NCBI GenBank assembly: GCA_028282935.1
Contig: JANQGU010000093.1
Coordinates: 1 to 63,277, forward strand
Direction: 5' to 3'
Length of the DNA stretch: 63,277 nt
DNA from: Kiloniellales bacterium
Lineage (GTDB): Bacteria; Pseudomonadota; Alphaproteobacteria; Kiloniellales; JAKSBE01
Shown: positions 27,563-37,904 of the stretch, piece by piece
Layout of the letters: each line of letters begins with the position of its first letter
Numbering within the stretch: position 1 is the stretch's first letter
Program-made: the position numbers and the translations under genes
The notes under the pieces: model-generated
What the model saw: the letters and a program-made list of their open reading frames with translations, nothing else
The model's database searches: none
Told to the model about the DNA's origin: nothing

Positions 27563-28549
27563 ATGAACCACTCGGTCAAACGCCTGCGCTACGTGCTCAA
27601 GCGGCTGCTTCAGGCGCTGCCCATCGTGCTCGCCATCGTGGTCGTCAACTTCTTCCTGCTGCACATGGCGGAGGGCGACGCGGTCGACGTGCTGGCCGGC
27701 GAGGCGGGCTCGGCGACGCCGGAGTACATGGCCGAGCTGCGCCAGAAGTTCGGCCTGGACAAGCCGCTGCCGGTGCAGCTGGCGATCTATCTGAAGAACG
27801 TCCTGAGCTTCGACCTGGGCTATTCCTTCCGCCACGAGATGCCGGTCTCGCAACTGGTGCTCGACCGCTTCGTGCCGACCCTGCTGCTGATGGTCAGCAC
27901 GATCCTGCTGGCGGTCGGCCTGGGCATCGTGCTCGGCCTGATCGCGGCGGTGGGGCTCAACACCTGGCGCGACAACCTGATCTCGGTCTTTGCGCTGGTC
28001 ACCTACGCGACGCCGCTGTTCTGGGTCGGGCTGATGATGATCGTGGTCTTCTCGCTCAACCTCGGCTGGTTCCCGACCAGCGGCATGGAGAACATCGCAG
28101 CCTTCCACACCGGCTGGGACCGGGTCTGGGACATCGCCCATCACTTGGTGCTGCCGACCATCACCCTGTCGCTCTTCTACCTGGCCCTCTACACCCGCCT
28201 GATGCGCGCCTCCATGCTGGAGCAGGCGGGCATGGACTACGTGACCACCGCCCGGGCCAAGGGCGTGACCGAGCGGCGGATCGTCTTCGTCCACGTGCTG
28301 CGCAACGCCCTGCTGCCGGTGGTCACCATGGCCGGGGTGCAGGTCGGCGCGCTGATCGGCGGCTCGGTGATCGTCGAGTCCGTCTTCGCCTGGCCGGGCC
28401 TGGGCATGCTGGCCTTCGAGGCGCTCTTCGCCCGCGACCTCAACCTGCTGCTCGGCATCTTTTTGCTGTCCGCGCTGCTGGTCGTGGCGGTCAACCTGGT
28501 GGTCGACATCGTCTACTCCCTCCTGGACCCGCGCATCGAGGTGAGCTGA
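27563..28549 (+). CDS. ABC transporter permease (DppB/OppB-like)
   Basis: The N-terminus is typical (VLKRLLQALPIVLAIVVVNFFLLH) and the EAA-type loop is TARAKGVTERRIVFVHVLRNALLP. Confidence 0.85.
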   Translation: MNHSVKRLRYVLKRLLQALPIVLAIVVVNFFLLHMAEGDAVDVLAGEAGSATPEYMAELRQKFGLDKPLPVQLAIYLKNVLSFDLGYSFRHEMPVSQLVLDRFVPTLLLMVSTILLAVGLGIVLGLIAAVGLNTWRDNLISVFALVTYATPLFWVGLMMIVVFSLNLGWFPTSGMENIAAFHTGWDRVWDIAHHLVLPTITLSLFYLALYTRLMRASMLEQAGMDYVTTARAKGVTERRIVFVHVLRNALLPVVTMAGVQVGALIGGSVIVESVFAWPGLGMLAFEALFARDLNLLLGIFLLSALLVVAVNLVVDIVYSLLDPRIEVS

Positions 28550-28573
28550 TGCCGAACTGCAGACATCGGAGTT

Positions 28574-28676
28574 TCACCCCCACCCCGACCCTCCCCCGTC
28601 AAGGGGGAGGGAGAGGTCCGCGGCCGTCGCCTTATCAAGCCCTCCCCCTTGAGGGGGGAGGGTTGGGAGGGGGTGA
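28574..28676. repeat. Family A repeat, copy A3 (inside the operon, between the two permease genes)
   Basis: TCACCCCCACCCCGACCCTCCCCCGTCAAGGGGGAGGGAG ... CCCTCCCCCTTGAGGGGGGAGGGTTGGGAGGGGGTGA. Confidence 0.9.
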
Positions 28677-28706
28677 ACCACCGAAGTCAGCAGGTGAGTT
28701 CCAAGC

Positions 28707-29555
28707 ATGACCCGCGAGAACCTGGCGCACTTCTGGCGGCTCTATCGGCGCAACTATTCCGCGGTCGCCGGCCTGGCGATCCTGGCTGCGATCATCGCCC
28801 TGGCGGCGACGGCGCACTTCTTCTTCCCGGACGATCCCTTCAAGCTGGCCGGGCGGCCGATGTCGCCGCCGGCCACGGGCGGCTTCCTGCTGGGCAGCGA
28901 TTCCCTGGGCCGCGATGTGGCCGCCGGCATCGCCCACGGCGCCAAGACCTCGCTCCTGATCGGCCTGGTGGCGACCCTGGTCGCGGTCGGCTTCGGCGCC
29001 CTGATGGGCGGGCTTGCGGGCTACTACGGCGGCTGGATCGACGACCTCTTGATGCGCACGACGGAGATGTTCCAGACCATCCCCTCCTTCGTCTTCGCGA
29101 TCCTGCTGGTCGCCATCATGAAGCCCTCGATCGAGAGCATCGTCATCGCCATCGCCGTGGTCTCCTGGCCGGCGGTGGCGCGCCTGGTGCGCGGCGAGTT
29201 CCTGTCGCTGCGCAATCGCGAGTTCGTCCAGGCCTGCCACACCCTGGGCATGAGCGACCTCAGGATCATGCTGGGCGAGATCCTGCCGAACTGCCTGTCG
29301 CCGATCATCGTCACCGGCTCCCTGATGGTCGCGACCGCGATCCTGATCGAGAGCGGGCTGTCCTTCCTCGGCCTGGGCGATCCCAACATCATGAGCTGGG
29401 GCTTCCTGATCGGCGCCGGACGGACGGTGCTGCGCAGCGCCTGGTGGGTCTGCACCTTCCCGGGCCTGGCGATCCTGATCACGGTGCTGGCGATCAACCT
29501 GGTCGGCGAGGGCTTCAACGACGCCCTCAACCCGCGCCTCCGGGAACGACGGTGA
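28707..29555 (+). CDS. ABC transporter permease (DppC/OppC-like)
   Basis: It is a multi-TM protein with the loop QACHTLGMSDLRIMLGEILPN; 282 aa. Confidence 0.85.
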   Translation: MTRENLAHFWRLYRRNYSAVAGLAILAAIIALAATAHFFFPDDPFKLAGRPMSPPATGGFLLGSDSLGRDVAAGIAHGAKTSLLIGLVATLVAVGFGALMGGLAGYYGGWIDDLLMRTTEMFQTIPSFVFAILLVAIMKPSIESIVIAIAVVSWPAVARLVRGEFLSLRNREFVQACHTLGMSDLRIMLGEILPNCLSPIIVTGSLMVATAILIESGLSFLGLGDPNIMSWGFLIGAGRTVLRSAWWVCTFPGLAILITVLAINLVGEGFNDALNPRLRERR

Positions 29556-29562
29556 GGACGGA

Positions 29563-31200
29563 ATGACGGGACAACTGCTCGAGATCCGAGACCTGCACGT
29601 CGCCCTGCCCGAGGGCTCGGAGCGCCGCTACGCGGTCGAGCAGGTCGACCTGGAGCTGGCGCCCAACGAGATCCTCTGCGTGGTCGGGGAGAGCGGCAGC
29701 GGCAAGTCGCTGACCGCCCGCGCGGTCATGGGCCTGCTGCCGGCGCCCCACGTCAAGGTCGAGAAGGGCGCCATCCGCTTCGGCCAGGAGGACCTGACCC
29801 GGGTCGGGGACGCGCGGCTGCGCCAGATCCGGGGCAGCGAGATCTCCATGATCTTCCAGGAGCCCATGACCGCCCTCAATCCGGTCATGACCATCGGCGA
29901 CCAGATCGACGAGGTCTTCCGCTTCCACGCGCGCATGGGGCGCAAGGAGCGGCGGCAGAAGGCGACGGCCCTGCTGGACGACGTCCACCTGCCGGACCCG
30001 GCGCAGATCATCGGCGCCTATCCCCACGAGCTCTCGGGCGGCCAGCGCCAGCGGGCGATGATCGCCATGGCCCTGGCCCTCGACCCCAAGATCCTGATCG
30101 CCGACGAGCCGACCACGGCCCTGGACGTCACCACCCAGGCGCAGATCCTGAAGCTGATCAAGGAGCTGCAGGCCGGGCACGACACCGGGGTCCTGTTCAT
30201 CACCCACGACTTCGGCGTGGTCGCCGACATCGCCGACCGGGTCGCGGTGATGCAGCAGGGCCGCGTGGTCGAGGCCGGCAGCGCCGACAAGGTGCTGAAC
30301 GCGCCCGAGCATCCCTACACCCGGGACCTGATCGCCGCGGTCCCGAGCCTGGTCCCGCGGGCGGCGCGGCAGCGCTCGGCGGAGCCGGTGCTGCAGGTCC
30401 AGGGCCTGACCAAGGTCTACCGCAGCGGCGGCGGCTTCTTCGGGCTCGGCGGCAAGGAGCGCAAGGTCACGGCGGCCAAGGAGGTCGCCCTGGAGCTGCG
30501 CCGCGGCGAGACCCTGGGCATCGTCGGCGAGAGCGGCTCGGGCAAGTCGACCGTCGCCCGCTGCATCGTCCGCCTGAACGATGCCGACGAGGGCCAGATC
30601 CTCCTTCACGGCAGCGACCTCAGGCCCCTGGGTCGGGCGGCCATGCGGCCCTTTCGGGCCAAGATCCAGATGGTCTTCCAGGACCCCTTCGCCTCGCTCA
30701 ACCCGCGCACCCGGGTCGGCCGGATCATCGCCCAGGGCCCGTTGATCCAGGGCCAGTCGCCCGCCGCCGCCCAGGACCGGGCGCGGGAACTGCTGGAGAT
30801 CGTCGGGCTCGACGCGCGGGCCTTCGACCGCTATCCGCACGAGTTCTCGGGCGGCCAGCGGCAGCGCATCGGCATCGCCCGGGCCCTGGCCCTCGATCCC
30901 GAGGTGCTGGTCGCGGACGAGCCGGTCTCGGCGCTGGACGTCTCGATCCAGGCGCAGATCCTGCGCCTGCTGGACGAGATCCGGGACCGCCTGTCGCTGT
31001 CGATGATCTTCATCACCCACGACCTCAGGGTCGCGGCCCAGGTCTGCGACCGCATCGCGGTGATGCGCTACGGCGTGGTGGTCGAGACCGGATCGACCGG
31101 CGAGATCTTCCGCGATCCCCAGGACGCCTACACCAAGGACCTGCTGGCCGCCGTGCCCGGCCGGCACTGGCTGCCGGCCCGGCAGGACGCCATCGCCTGA
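29563..31200 (+). CDS. Fused double ATP-binding protein of the peptide-type ABC transporter (DppD/DppF fusion)
   Basis: It has two Walker A sites (GESGSGKS twice), two signatures ([16 protein letters not shown]) and two Walker B sites. Confidence 0.9.
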   Translation: MTGQLLEIRDLHVALPEGSERRYAVEQVDLELAPNEILCVVGESGSGKSLTARAVMGLLPAPHVKVEKGAIRFGQEDLTRVGDARLRQIRGSEISMIFQEPMTALNPVMTIGDQIDEVFRFHARMGRKERRQKATALLDDVHLPDPAQIIGAYPHELSGGQRQRAMIAMALALDPKILIADEPTTALDVTTQAQILKLIKELQAGHDTGVLFITHDFGVVADIADRVAVMQQGRVVEAGSADKVLNAPEHPYTRDLIAAVPSLVPRAARQRSAEPVLQVQGLTKVYRSGGGFFGLGGKERKVTAAKEVALELRRGETLGIVGESGSGKSTVARCIVRLNDADEGQILLHGSDLRPLGRAAMRPFRAKIQMVFQDPFASLNPRTRVGRIIAQGPLIQGQSPAAAQDRARELLEIVGLDARAFDRYPHEFSGGQRQRIGIARALALDPEVLVADEPVSALDVSIQAQILRLLDEIRDRLSLSMIFITHDLRVAAQVCDRIAVMRYGVVVETGSTGEIFRDPQDAYTKDLLAAVPGRHWLPARQDAIA

Positions 31201-31273
31201 GGCCCCGGCAGGAGCGGGACGATTTGGTCTGAATCCCGCCCTACTTCAGCGGCCTGGAACACGCTTCAGAGGG

Positions 31274-31377
31274 TCACCCCCACCCCGGCCCTCCCCCATC
31301 GAGGGGGAGGGAGTAGTGGACTGATCCGCTTGGGAAGTTCCCTCCCCCCTTGTGGGGGAGGGTTAGGGAGGGGGGTG
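31274..31377. repeat. Family A repeat, copy A4
   Basis: TCACCCCCACCCCGGCCCTCCCCCATCGAGGGGGAGGGAG ... CCCTCCCCCCTTGTGGGGGAGGGTTAGGGAGGGGGGTG. It lies between convergent genes. Confidence 0.9.
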
Positions 31378-31402
31378 TCGCTGGCTTCAGCGCCTTTGGG
31401 CA

Positions 31403-32296
31403 CTACATCGCCTCGTCGTAAGTCCGAAAGGCCTTGCCCTTGCCCTGCGACTGGATCTCGTAGATCGACCCGGCCTTCTGCGGCTGGGGCTGCGGGATGC
31501 GGACCGGGACGGGCGCCAGGCGCGGCGCCCTGGTCGCCTCGCCGCAGAGCAGGCGGGCGTCGAAGGCCTCGATGCTGTCGAAGGCCGTCATCGACCCCAT
31601 GACCGGGAAGGCGTCGGCCGCCATGATCTCGTAGAACAGCATCTGCCGGTCGCACTGCGAGGTATTGAGCGCGGAGCCGTGGAGGATGCGGGCGTGATGG
31701 ATCGACAGGCTGCCGGCCGGCCCGGTGAGCGCGACGCCGTCCTCGGGGGAATAGCCGGCCTCGGCCAGATCGCAGGCCCCGGCGAAGACGCCCTCGAGAT
31801 GGTGGTCCAGGATGGGCCCCTTGTGCGATCCCGGGATCACCTGCAGCGGCCCGTTCTCCAGCGTCATGTCGTCGAAGACGATGCCGACCGCCAGCAGGTC
31901 GTCGTTGGTGTGGGGATAGAAGGCGAAGTCCTGATGCCACTGGACCGGCGCGCCGTACTCCGCCTTCTTCATGTTGAGCTTGGCCGTATGCAAGCGGAGG
32001 TTCGGCCCGATCAGCTCGCGCACCGGGCCCAGAATCGCGTCGCTGCGCATCAGCTCATCGAAGAAGGCGCTCTGGAGGTCGGGCCGCTTGATGCGGCGGA
32101 TCCGCGGCTCGGCCCGCGTGTGGCGGTCCTCCAGGTCGATCAGGTCGTCGCTGGCGTCGATGGTCCCGGCGTGCTCCGACAGCCGCGCGATCTCCGCCCG
32201 GCCCCGGGCGACGGTCTCGGCGGAGAGATGGCCTTCGAGCAGGAGGTAGCCGTCCTCGTCGTAGGCCCGCCGCTGGGCCGCGCTGAGATAGGCCAC
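31403..32296 (-). CDS. Phytanoyl-CoA dioxygenase (PhyH) family Fe(II)/2-oxoglutarate oxygenase
   Basis: The GTG at 32296 lies 6 nt after GGGAGGAG. It has the facial triad pattern WHQDFAFYP ... HHARILHGS. The rest of the 1042-aa track ORF is in-frame read-through over the TRAP genes. Confidence 0.8.
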   Translation of the reverse strand: MAYLSAAQRRAYDEDGYLLLEGHLSAETVARGRAEIARLSEHAGTIDASDDLIDLEDRHTRAEPRIRRIKRPDLQSAFFDELMRSDAILGPVRELIGPNLRLHTAKLNMKKAEYGAPVQWHQDFAFYPHTNDDLLAVGIVFDDMTLENGPLQVIPGSHKGPILDHHLEGVFAGACDLAEAGYSPEDGVALTGPAGSLSIHHARILHGSALNTSQCDRQMLFYEIMAADAFPVMGSMTAFDSIEAFDARLLCGEATRAPRLAPVPVRIPQPQPQKAGSIYEIQSQGKGKAFRTYDEAM

Positions 32297-32382
32297 CTCG
32301 CTCTCCTCCCATGCTTCCGCTAGAAGACCGGGGATGATAGCCCGCGCGGTCCGGGACCGCCAAGCCGGGGCCCTTTCCGGCG

Positions 32383-33966
32383 TCAGAGGAAGATGGTGGT
32401 GATCTCGGGAACGCAGAGGATCAGCGCCAGAACGACGAGCTGGATGCCGATGAAGGGCAGGAAGCCGCGGAAGATGTCCGGCAGGGAGATGTGCGGCGGC
32501 GCCACGGACTTCAGATAGAAGGCCGCCGGCCCGAAGGGCGGCGAGAGGAAGGACACCTGCATGTTGACGCAGAAGAGGATCCCGAACCAGACCGACACCA
32601 GGCGGGCCTGATCTGCGAGCCCGCCGGTCAGGCCGAGCTCCGCCACCGGCAGCTTCAGGACGATCGGCAGGAAGACCGGCATCACCAGCAGCACGATGCC
32701 CGTCCAGTCCATGAAGGCGCCGAGGAACAGGAAGATGATCATCATGACCAGGATCACGCCCATGGTCGGCAGCTCGTAGCCGACGATGAGGTTGGCCACG
32801 TAGGTCGGCCCGCCGGCGATGGTGTAGGCGCCGGCCAGCGCCGTCGCGCCGAAGGTCACCCAGATGATCGTGCCGGTCGACCTGAAGGTGCGCATCGAGG
32901 CCTCGCGCAGCAGGCCGAAGGAGAACTCCTTGCGGGCGATGATCAGCAGCAGCACCGCCACCGAGCCGATCCCCGCCGCCTCGGTGATGCCGGTGATGCC
33001 GCCGTAGATGGAACCCAGGACGACGAAGACGATGAGCAGCGGCGCGATCAGCCCCTTCCCCCGATCCCAAGCCTCCTTGGTCCGGCCCGGCCCGATGTAA
33101 AGGGCCAGGTAGGCCAGCGCCGCCGCCAGGTAGACGGCGAGGCCGGCCAAGGCCTCGGTCGACACGTAGCTCATGTCCTCGGTGACCTGGCCGGTGACCA
33201 CCACGAAGGTCCCGCGGACGAGGAACATCAGGGCCAGGCCGCCCGTGACCAGCGCCAGCAGGGCCGAGCCGTAGACCGCCTTGTCCCGGCCGGTCATGTC
33301 CTCGGCCGAGGGCTCGGGCAGCGGCGCCTCCTCCGGATTGAGCCGGGTGCGCACCAGGATGTAGACGATGTAGAGGCCGGCCAGGATGAAGCCGGGCAGG
33401 AAGGCCGCCTTGAACAGGGCGTGGATCGAGGTCTCGGTGATCAGCCCGTAGAAGATCAGCACGATCGACGGCGGGATCATCGTCCCCAGCGAGCCCGAGG
33501 CGCAGATCGTGCCGATGGCCAGGTTCTGGTTGTAGCCGAGCCGCAGCATCTGCGGCAGGGCGATCAGGCCCAGGAGCACCACCTCGCCGCCGATGATGCC
33601 CGACATCGCCGCCATGACGATGGCCATCAGGGCGGTCACCACCGCGATGCCGCCCCGGGTGCGCGACAGCCACATGTTGAGCGAGGAATACATGTCGCGC
33701 GCGATGCCGGAGCGCTCCAGCAGGGTCGCCATGAAGATGAACAGGGGCACCGAGATCAGCACGTAGTTGGTCGTGATCCCGTAGAGGCGCTGCGCCAGGA
33801 CGTTGAGCGGCCCCGTGCCGAAGTTCGAGAACAGAAGGTCCGGCCCGAACTTCAGCACCATGACGACCACGGCGAGGAAACCGGAGGCGAAGCCGAGCGG
33901 CATGCCGATCGCCAGCAGGAAGAGCATGCCGAACAGCAGGATGAGCGAGATCGTGCCGATGTCCAA
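32383..33966 (-). CDS. dctM: TRAP transporter large permease subunit (long, 527-aa form)
   Basis: It is a highly hydrophobic multi-TM protein whose N-terminus MDIGTISLILLFGMLFLLAIGMPLGFA is typical of DctM. Confidence 0.85.
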   Translation of the reverse strand: MDIGTISLILLFGMLFLLAIGMPLGFASGFLAVVVMVLKFGPDLLFSNFGTGPLNVLAQRLYGITTNYVLISVPLFIFMATLLERSGIARDMYSSLNMWLSRTRGGIAVVTALMAIVMAAMSGIIGGEVVLLGLIALPQMLRLGYNQNLAIGTICASGSLGTMIPPSIVLIFYGLITETSIHALFKAAFLPGFILAGLYIVYILVRTRLNPEEAPLPEPSAEDMTGRDKAVYGSALLALVTGGLALMFLVRGTFVVVTGQVTEDMSYVSTEALAGLAVYLAAALAYLALYIGPGRTKEAWDRGKGLIAPLLIVFVVLGSIYGGITGITEAAGIGSVAVLLLIIARKEFSFGLLREASMRTFRSTGTIIWVTFGATALAGAYTIAGGPTYVANLIVGYELPTMGVILVMMIIFLFLGAFMDWTGIVLLVMPVFLPIVLKLPVAELGLTGGLADQARLVSVWFGILFCVNMQVSFLSPPFGPAAFYLKSVAPPHISLPDIFRGFLPFIGIQLVVLALILCVPEITTIFL

Positions 33967-33984
33967 GGCGAGCGCCCCCGCGGC

Positions 33985-34572
33985 TCAGCGCTTGCCGGGC
34001 GGCGGCCCGGGCGGCGGCTCGTCGTTCGTGATCACCTCGTCCGGGCTGATCTCGAGGTCGTCCGAGGGATCGTGGACTTCCGGCGCCCGCTTCCAGTCGT
34101 AGATCAGGTTCGAGATCGACTGGGCGGCGAGGAACACCAGGGTGATGAGGATCAGCGGCTTGATCGTCGCCGGTATCGGCGGATCCCAGGCGGTCCCGAA
34201 GGTCTCCCAGCGCATCAGCTTGGCATAGGCCTCGCCGAAGCCGCCCCAGATGACGGCGAAGGAGAAGACGCAGACGCAGAGCACCGAGAGGACGTCGAAG
34301 AAGCGCTGAACCGGCCGCGGCACGATGTCGTAGATGATGAAGATCCGGATGTGGCTGCGCTGCTGCAGGGCATAGAGCCCGGCGGTCAGGTAGATCGCGC
34401 CGGCCACCCAGAGCGACATCTCGTTGACCCAGAGGGTCGGCCGCTGGAAGACGTAGCGCATCACCACTTCGTAGAAGATGATCGCCACGATGAAGGCCGG
34501 CAGCCACATGGCGACCCGGCTGAAGCTCCATGTGACCAGGTCGAGCAGCCCCGTGCGCTCGTGTTCGACCAT
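33985..34572 (-). CDS. dctQ: TRAP transporter small permease subunit
   Basis: It has 4 TM segments, an ATG 6 nt after GGGGGAGGG, and lies between the dctP and dctM genes. Confidence 0.8.
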   Translation of the reverse strand: MVEHERTGLLDLVTWSFSRVAMWLPAFIVAIIFYEVVMRYVFQRPTLWVNEMSLWVAGAIYLTAGLYALQQRSHIRIFIIYDIVPRPVQRFFDVLSVLCVCVFSFAVIWGGFGEAYAKLMRWETFGTAWDPPIPATIKPLILITLVFLAAQSISNLIYDWKRAPEVHDPSDDLEISPDEVITNDEPPPGPPPGKR

Positions 34573-34651
34573 GGCGCCCTCCCCCTGCAGCTGCAGCGTC
34601 TCGGGAAAGTCCGGCGGCCCCTGGACGGGGGCCGCCGTCGAACCCTAGGGC

Positions 34652-35674
34652 CTACTGGGCGAGCCCGAGCTGACGCAGATAGGCGAGGTGGCTCTCGACC
34701 AGGGCCTTGGCTTCCTCGGTCGTCGCGAAGTCGGCCCAGGCCGACTGCGCGGCCTTGCGGAAGGCCAGCCGGTCCTCGGTGCTCCAGTCGTAGAGGGTGA
34801 CGCCCTTGGCCGACAGCTCCGCGGCGGCCTCGGAGTTCTTCTTTTCGAACTGGACGGCGGTCCGCAGCGCCAGGGACTCCATCGCCACGGTCATGATCCG
34901 CCGGTGATGCTCCGGCATCGCGTCCCACCGCGCCTTGTTGCAGGCCAGGTGGTCCATCGGCATGGAATGGAAGCCCGGATAGGTCGCGTGCTTGACCAGG
35001 TCGTAGAGCCCGAGGCCGACGTTGTTGGCCAGGCCGGAGGCGTCGGCGCCGTCGATGATGCCGGTCTCGAGCGCCGTGAAGATCTCGGTGAAGTCCATGA
35101 CGATGGGCTTGGCGCCGAGGTTCTCGAAGATCTTGGTCTCGAGCCCCGGGGGCGAGCGGAACTTGAAGTCCTTCAGGGCCGCCGGGCCGGGGATCGGCTT
35201 GGACGACGACAGCGATTCCTGGCCGTAGACCCACCAGCCGACCGGCTCCATATCGAACTTGTTGTAGAGCTTCTGGGCCGCCTCGCGGCCGCCGCCGTAG
35301 TAGAGCCAGGACAGAAGCTGATAGGGCGTGTCGTAGCCGCCCATCACGTCGCCGACGAACTGGAAGGCGGGGTTCTTGCCGGTCTGATAGCCACCGCCGG
35401 TCATGTCGCAGTCGAGAATGCCCGTGGCGGCCGCGTCGAAGGTCTCCACCGACTTGACGACCGACGAGGAGTAGAACATCTCGATCTGGATCTCGCCGTT
35501 CGACATGGTCTGGACGTTGTCGATGTACTCCGCCGCCAGCTTGCCGGACACGGTCTCCGGCGCGTAGTGGGTCTGGATGCGCAGGTTGGTCGTCTCCGCC
35601 ACCGCGGCGGCCGACAGGCCAACCGAAATGGCGACGGCGGCTGCCGAAGTCGTCAAGCTCTTCATCGAAGTCAT
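34652..35674 (-). CDS. dctP: TRAP transporter periplasmic substrate-binding protein
   Basis: The ATG at 35674 lies 7 nt after GGGAGG. It has a signal peptide (MTSMKSLTTSAAAVAISVGLSAAAVA) and is 340 aa. Confidence 0.8.
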   Translation of the reverse strand: MTSMKSLTTSAAAVAISVGLSAAAVAETTNLRIQTHYAPETVSGKLAAEYIDNVQTMSNGEIQIEMFYSSSVVKSVETFDAAATGILDCDMTGGGYQTGKNPAFQFVGDVMGGYDTPYQLLSWLYYGGGREAAQKLYNKFDMEPVGWWVYGQESLSSSKPIPGPAALKDFKFRSPPGLETKIFENLGAKPIVMDFTEIFTALETGIIDGADASGLANNVGLGLYDLVKHATYPGFHSMPMDHLACNKARWDAMPEHHRRIMTVAMESLALRTAVQFEKKNSEAAAELSAKGVTLYDWSTEDRLAFRKAAQSAWADFATTEEAKALVESHLAYLRQLGLAQ

Positions 35675-36048
35675 AAATGCCTCCCTAGGACTTTTTTTGT
35701 TTCGCCGACAACGTCCGTGAAGAAACTGCACTTCACCGACCGGGCGGTTTGTCTTCAAAGACTGACTGCAGCCTCCCATCCGACCCAAACAAAGGACAAA
35801 GACGCAGACAGCGAACCCGAAGTTCTCATGCTAGAGAACTAACAGGTGGAAATCCTCGCCGCAACCGGCAGAACGAGCGGGTGGGCAGGCCCAGCTCAGA
35901 TCCAGGCTCAGCCCCAGGGCCTGTTCCGGCGGCCGGCGGCGGTGCACGGGCTCCGGATCGAAGGCTGGCGCCGGGAAGCCGTCCGAGTCATGCTCACGGT
36001 CGCCAGGGCCGAGGGTCCGGCGGCGGAGCAAAGGGGAGAGAGGCAGGG

Positions 36049-36948
36049 ATGAGCAAGGTGGGCGTCGTGGGCATCGGGGACATGGGCTCCGGCCTCGCCA
36101 AGAACCTCCTGAAGGCCGGATTCCAGGTCTGCGGCTTCGACCCGTCCGCCGAGCGGCTGGCCGCCTTCGTCGAAGCCGGCGGCGCGGCGATGGAGTCGCC
36201 GGCGGCGGTCGGCGCCGAGTCCGAGGCCGTCTTCGTCATGGTCCTGAACGGCCGGCAGGTGCAGGAGGTCGTCCTCGGCGCCGAGGGGCAAAGCGGCCTG
36301 CGCGCGGCCATGGCACCGGGCTCGGTCATCGTCCTGACGGCGACGATCAAGCCGGAGGAGGCGCGCGAGGTCGCCTCTGCGCTGGAGGGCTCCGGCATCG
36401 ACCTGGTCGACAGCCCGGTCAGCGGCGGCTTCCCCGGCGCGCAGAACGGCACCCTGACCATGATGGCGGCCGGCAGCGACGCGGCCCTGGAGACCGCCCG
36501 CCCGGCGATGGAGGCGGTCAGCGCCACCATCCACCGGGTCGGCGAGGAGGCCGGCATGGGCCAGACGGTCAAGGCCTGCCTGCAGGCCCTGATCGGATCG
36601 GTCTTCTCGGCGACCTTCGAGGCCTCGGCGCTGGCGGCCAGGGCCGGCGTCAAGGGCGAGGTCCTGCACAAGGTCGTGTCGACCTCGAGCGCGGGCTCGA
36701 CGATCACCAGCGGCGCGCTGGAGAACGTGATCGACCGCCGCTTCGAGGGCACGGGCAGCCATATCAACACCATGCACAAGGACCTGACGATCTCCGTCGA
36801 TCTCGCCCGGGAGCTGGGCGTGCCCCTGTTCATGGCGGCGACCGCCATGCAGCTCTTCGAGGCCGCCAGGACCAGATACCCGGAGGGCGACAACCAGGTG
36901 GTCGCCCGGATCTACGAGGACATCGTCGGCACCGGCCTCAAGCGCTGA
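36049..36948 (+). CDS. NAD(P)-dependent beta-hydroxyacid dehydrogenase (3-hydroxyisobutyrate / tartronate-semialdehyde reductase family)
   Basis: The ATG at 36049 gives MSKVGVVGIGDMGSGLAKNL (Rossmann GxGxxG). A family-typical C-terminal helical domain follows. Confidence 0.8.
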   Translation: MSKVGVVGIGDMGSGLAKNLLKAGFQVCGFDPSAERLAAFVEAGGAAMESPAAVGAESEAVFVMVLNGRQVQEVVLGAEGQSGLRAAMAPGSVIVLTATIKPEEAREVASALEGSGIDLVDSPVSGGFPGAQNGTLTMMAAGSDAALETARPAMEAVSATIHRVGEEAGMGQTVKACLQALIGSVFSATFEASALAARAGVKGEVLHKVVSTSSAGSTITSGALENVIDRRFEGTGSHINTMHKDLTISVDLARELGVPLFMAATAMQLFEAARTRYPEGDNQVVARIYEDIVGTGLKR

Positions 36949-36984
36949 TCCCAGAGGACGGCGAGAGGACGACGAGAGGACGAC

Positions 36985-37851
36985 ATGAAGCTCGGCGTGA
37001 TCACCGACGGGATCAGCAGGGACCTGGGCCACGCGCTCGCCGTGATGGACGAGTTCGGTATCGACCAGGCCGAGCTGCAGTTCATCGGCGACAAGGAGGT
37101 CGGCGACCTCGACCGGGACGAGCGGCGGGCCGCGCTGGAGCTCCTCCGTCGGCACGAAAAGCAGGTCGCCTGCATCTCGCGCCACGTCTTCGCCGGCATG
37201 GTGATGGCGACCTCCAGGCCGGGGGACGCGCTGCACAGCCGCCACATGGAGGCCCTGAAGCGCTGCATCGAGATGGCGCAGGAGTTCGGCTGCCCCAGGG
37301 TGCGCATCATGAGCGGCAAGAAGGAGATGATCCTCTGGGGCCGCAACGGCGCCGAGCAGTGGAACGTCGCCAAGGGCGCCTGGGAGGCGCTGCTGCCGCT
37401 GATCGCGCCCGCCGTGGAGCTGGCGCGCCGCGAGGGCGTCACGCTGGTCGTCGAGACCGGTAACGGCACCATGGTCAATTCCTGCTACACCGGGCGGAAG
37501 CTGATCGACGACCTCGACGCCAAGGACGTCCTGCAGGTCCTCTGGGATCCGGCGAACAACTGCTGGTGCGGCGAGACCGCCTTTCCGGACGGCTACGACG
37601 AGCTTCGCGACGGCTACCTCGGCCACCTCCACATCAAGGACGTCCAGGCCGACCCGCCCCGGGCCACGCTGGAGGTGCGGCCCATGCTGCAGGGCCAGCT
37701 CGCCGATCAGTTCCGGCCCCTGGCCGCCGCGCTTCGGGCGGACGGCTACGACGGCGTGGTGTCCTACGAGAGCGTCTACCACCCCGGCGACGGCGACTTC
37801 GAGGCCGGGTTCCGCCAGAACATCGGGATCTTCAAGGAGATCTTCGGATAG
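36985..37851 (+). CDS. Xylose-isomerase-like TIM-barrel protein (sugar phosphate isomerase/epimerase family)
   Basis: It is 288 aa with the metal-site pattern VVETGNG ... WDPAN ... HLHIKD ... SYE. Confidence 0.75.
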   Translation: MKLGVITDGISRDLGHALAVMDEFGIDQAELQFIGDKEVGDLDRDERRAALELLRRHEKQVACISRHVFAGMVMATSRPGDALHSRHMEALKRCIEMAQEFGCPRVRIMSGKKEMILWGRNGAEQWNVAKGAWEALLPLIAPAVELARREGVTLVVETGNGTMVNSCYTGRKLIDDLDAKDVLQVLWDPANNCWCGETAFPDGYDELRDGYLGHLHIKDVQADPPRATLEVRPMLQGQLADQFRPLAAALRADGYDGVVSYESVYHPGDGDFEAGFRQNIGIFKEIFG

Positions 37852-37904
37852 GGCCATCCCTCCGGCCACGGCGAGGAGGGCGCAGGAAGCGAAAGGACCC
37901 CGCC

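Noticed and set aside
31403-34531. 1042-aa ORF spanning the PhyH gene and both TRAP permease genes. Similarly, a 980-aa ORF at 16121..19063 spans the ligase and ACAD genes.
   Set aside because: Only the 3' portions carry recognisable domains. The upstream parts run in a non-coding frame of the neighbouring genes, which are read in other frames with strong motifs. Real starts are supported by RBS sites or ATGA coupling at 32296 and 17764.
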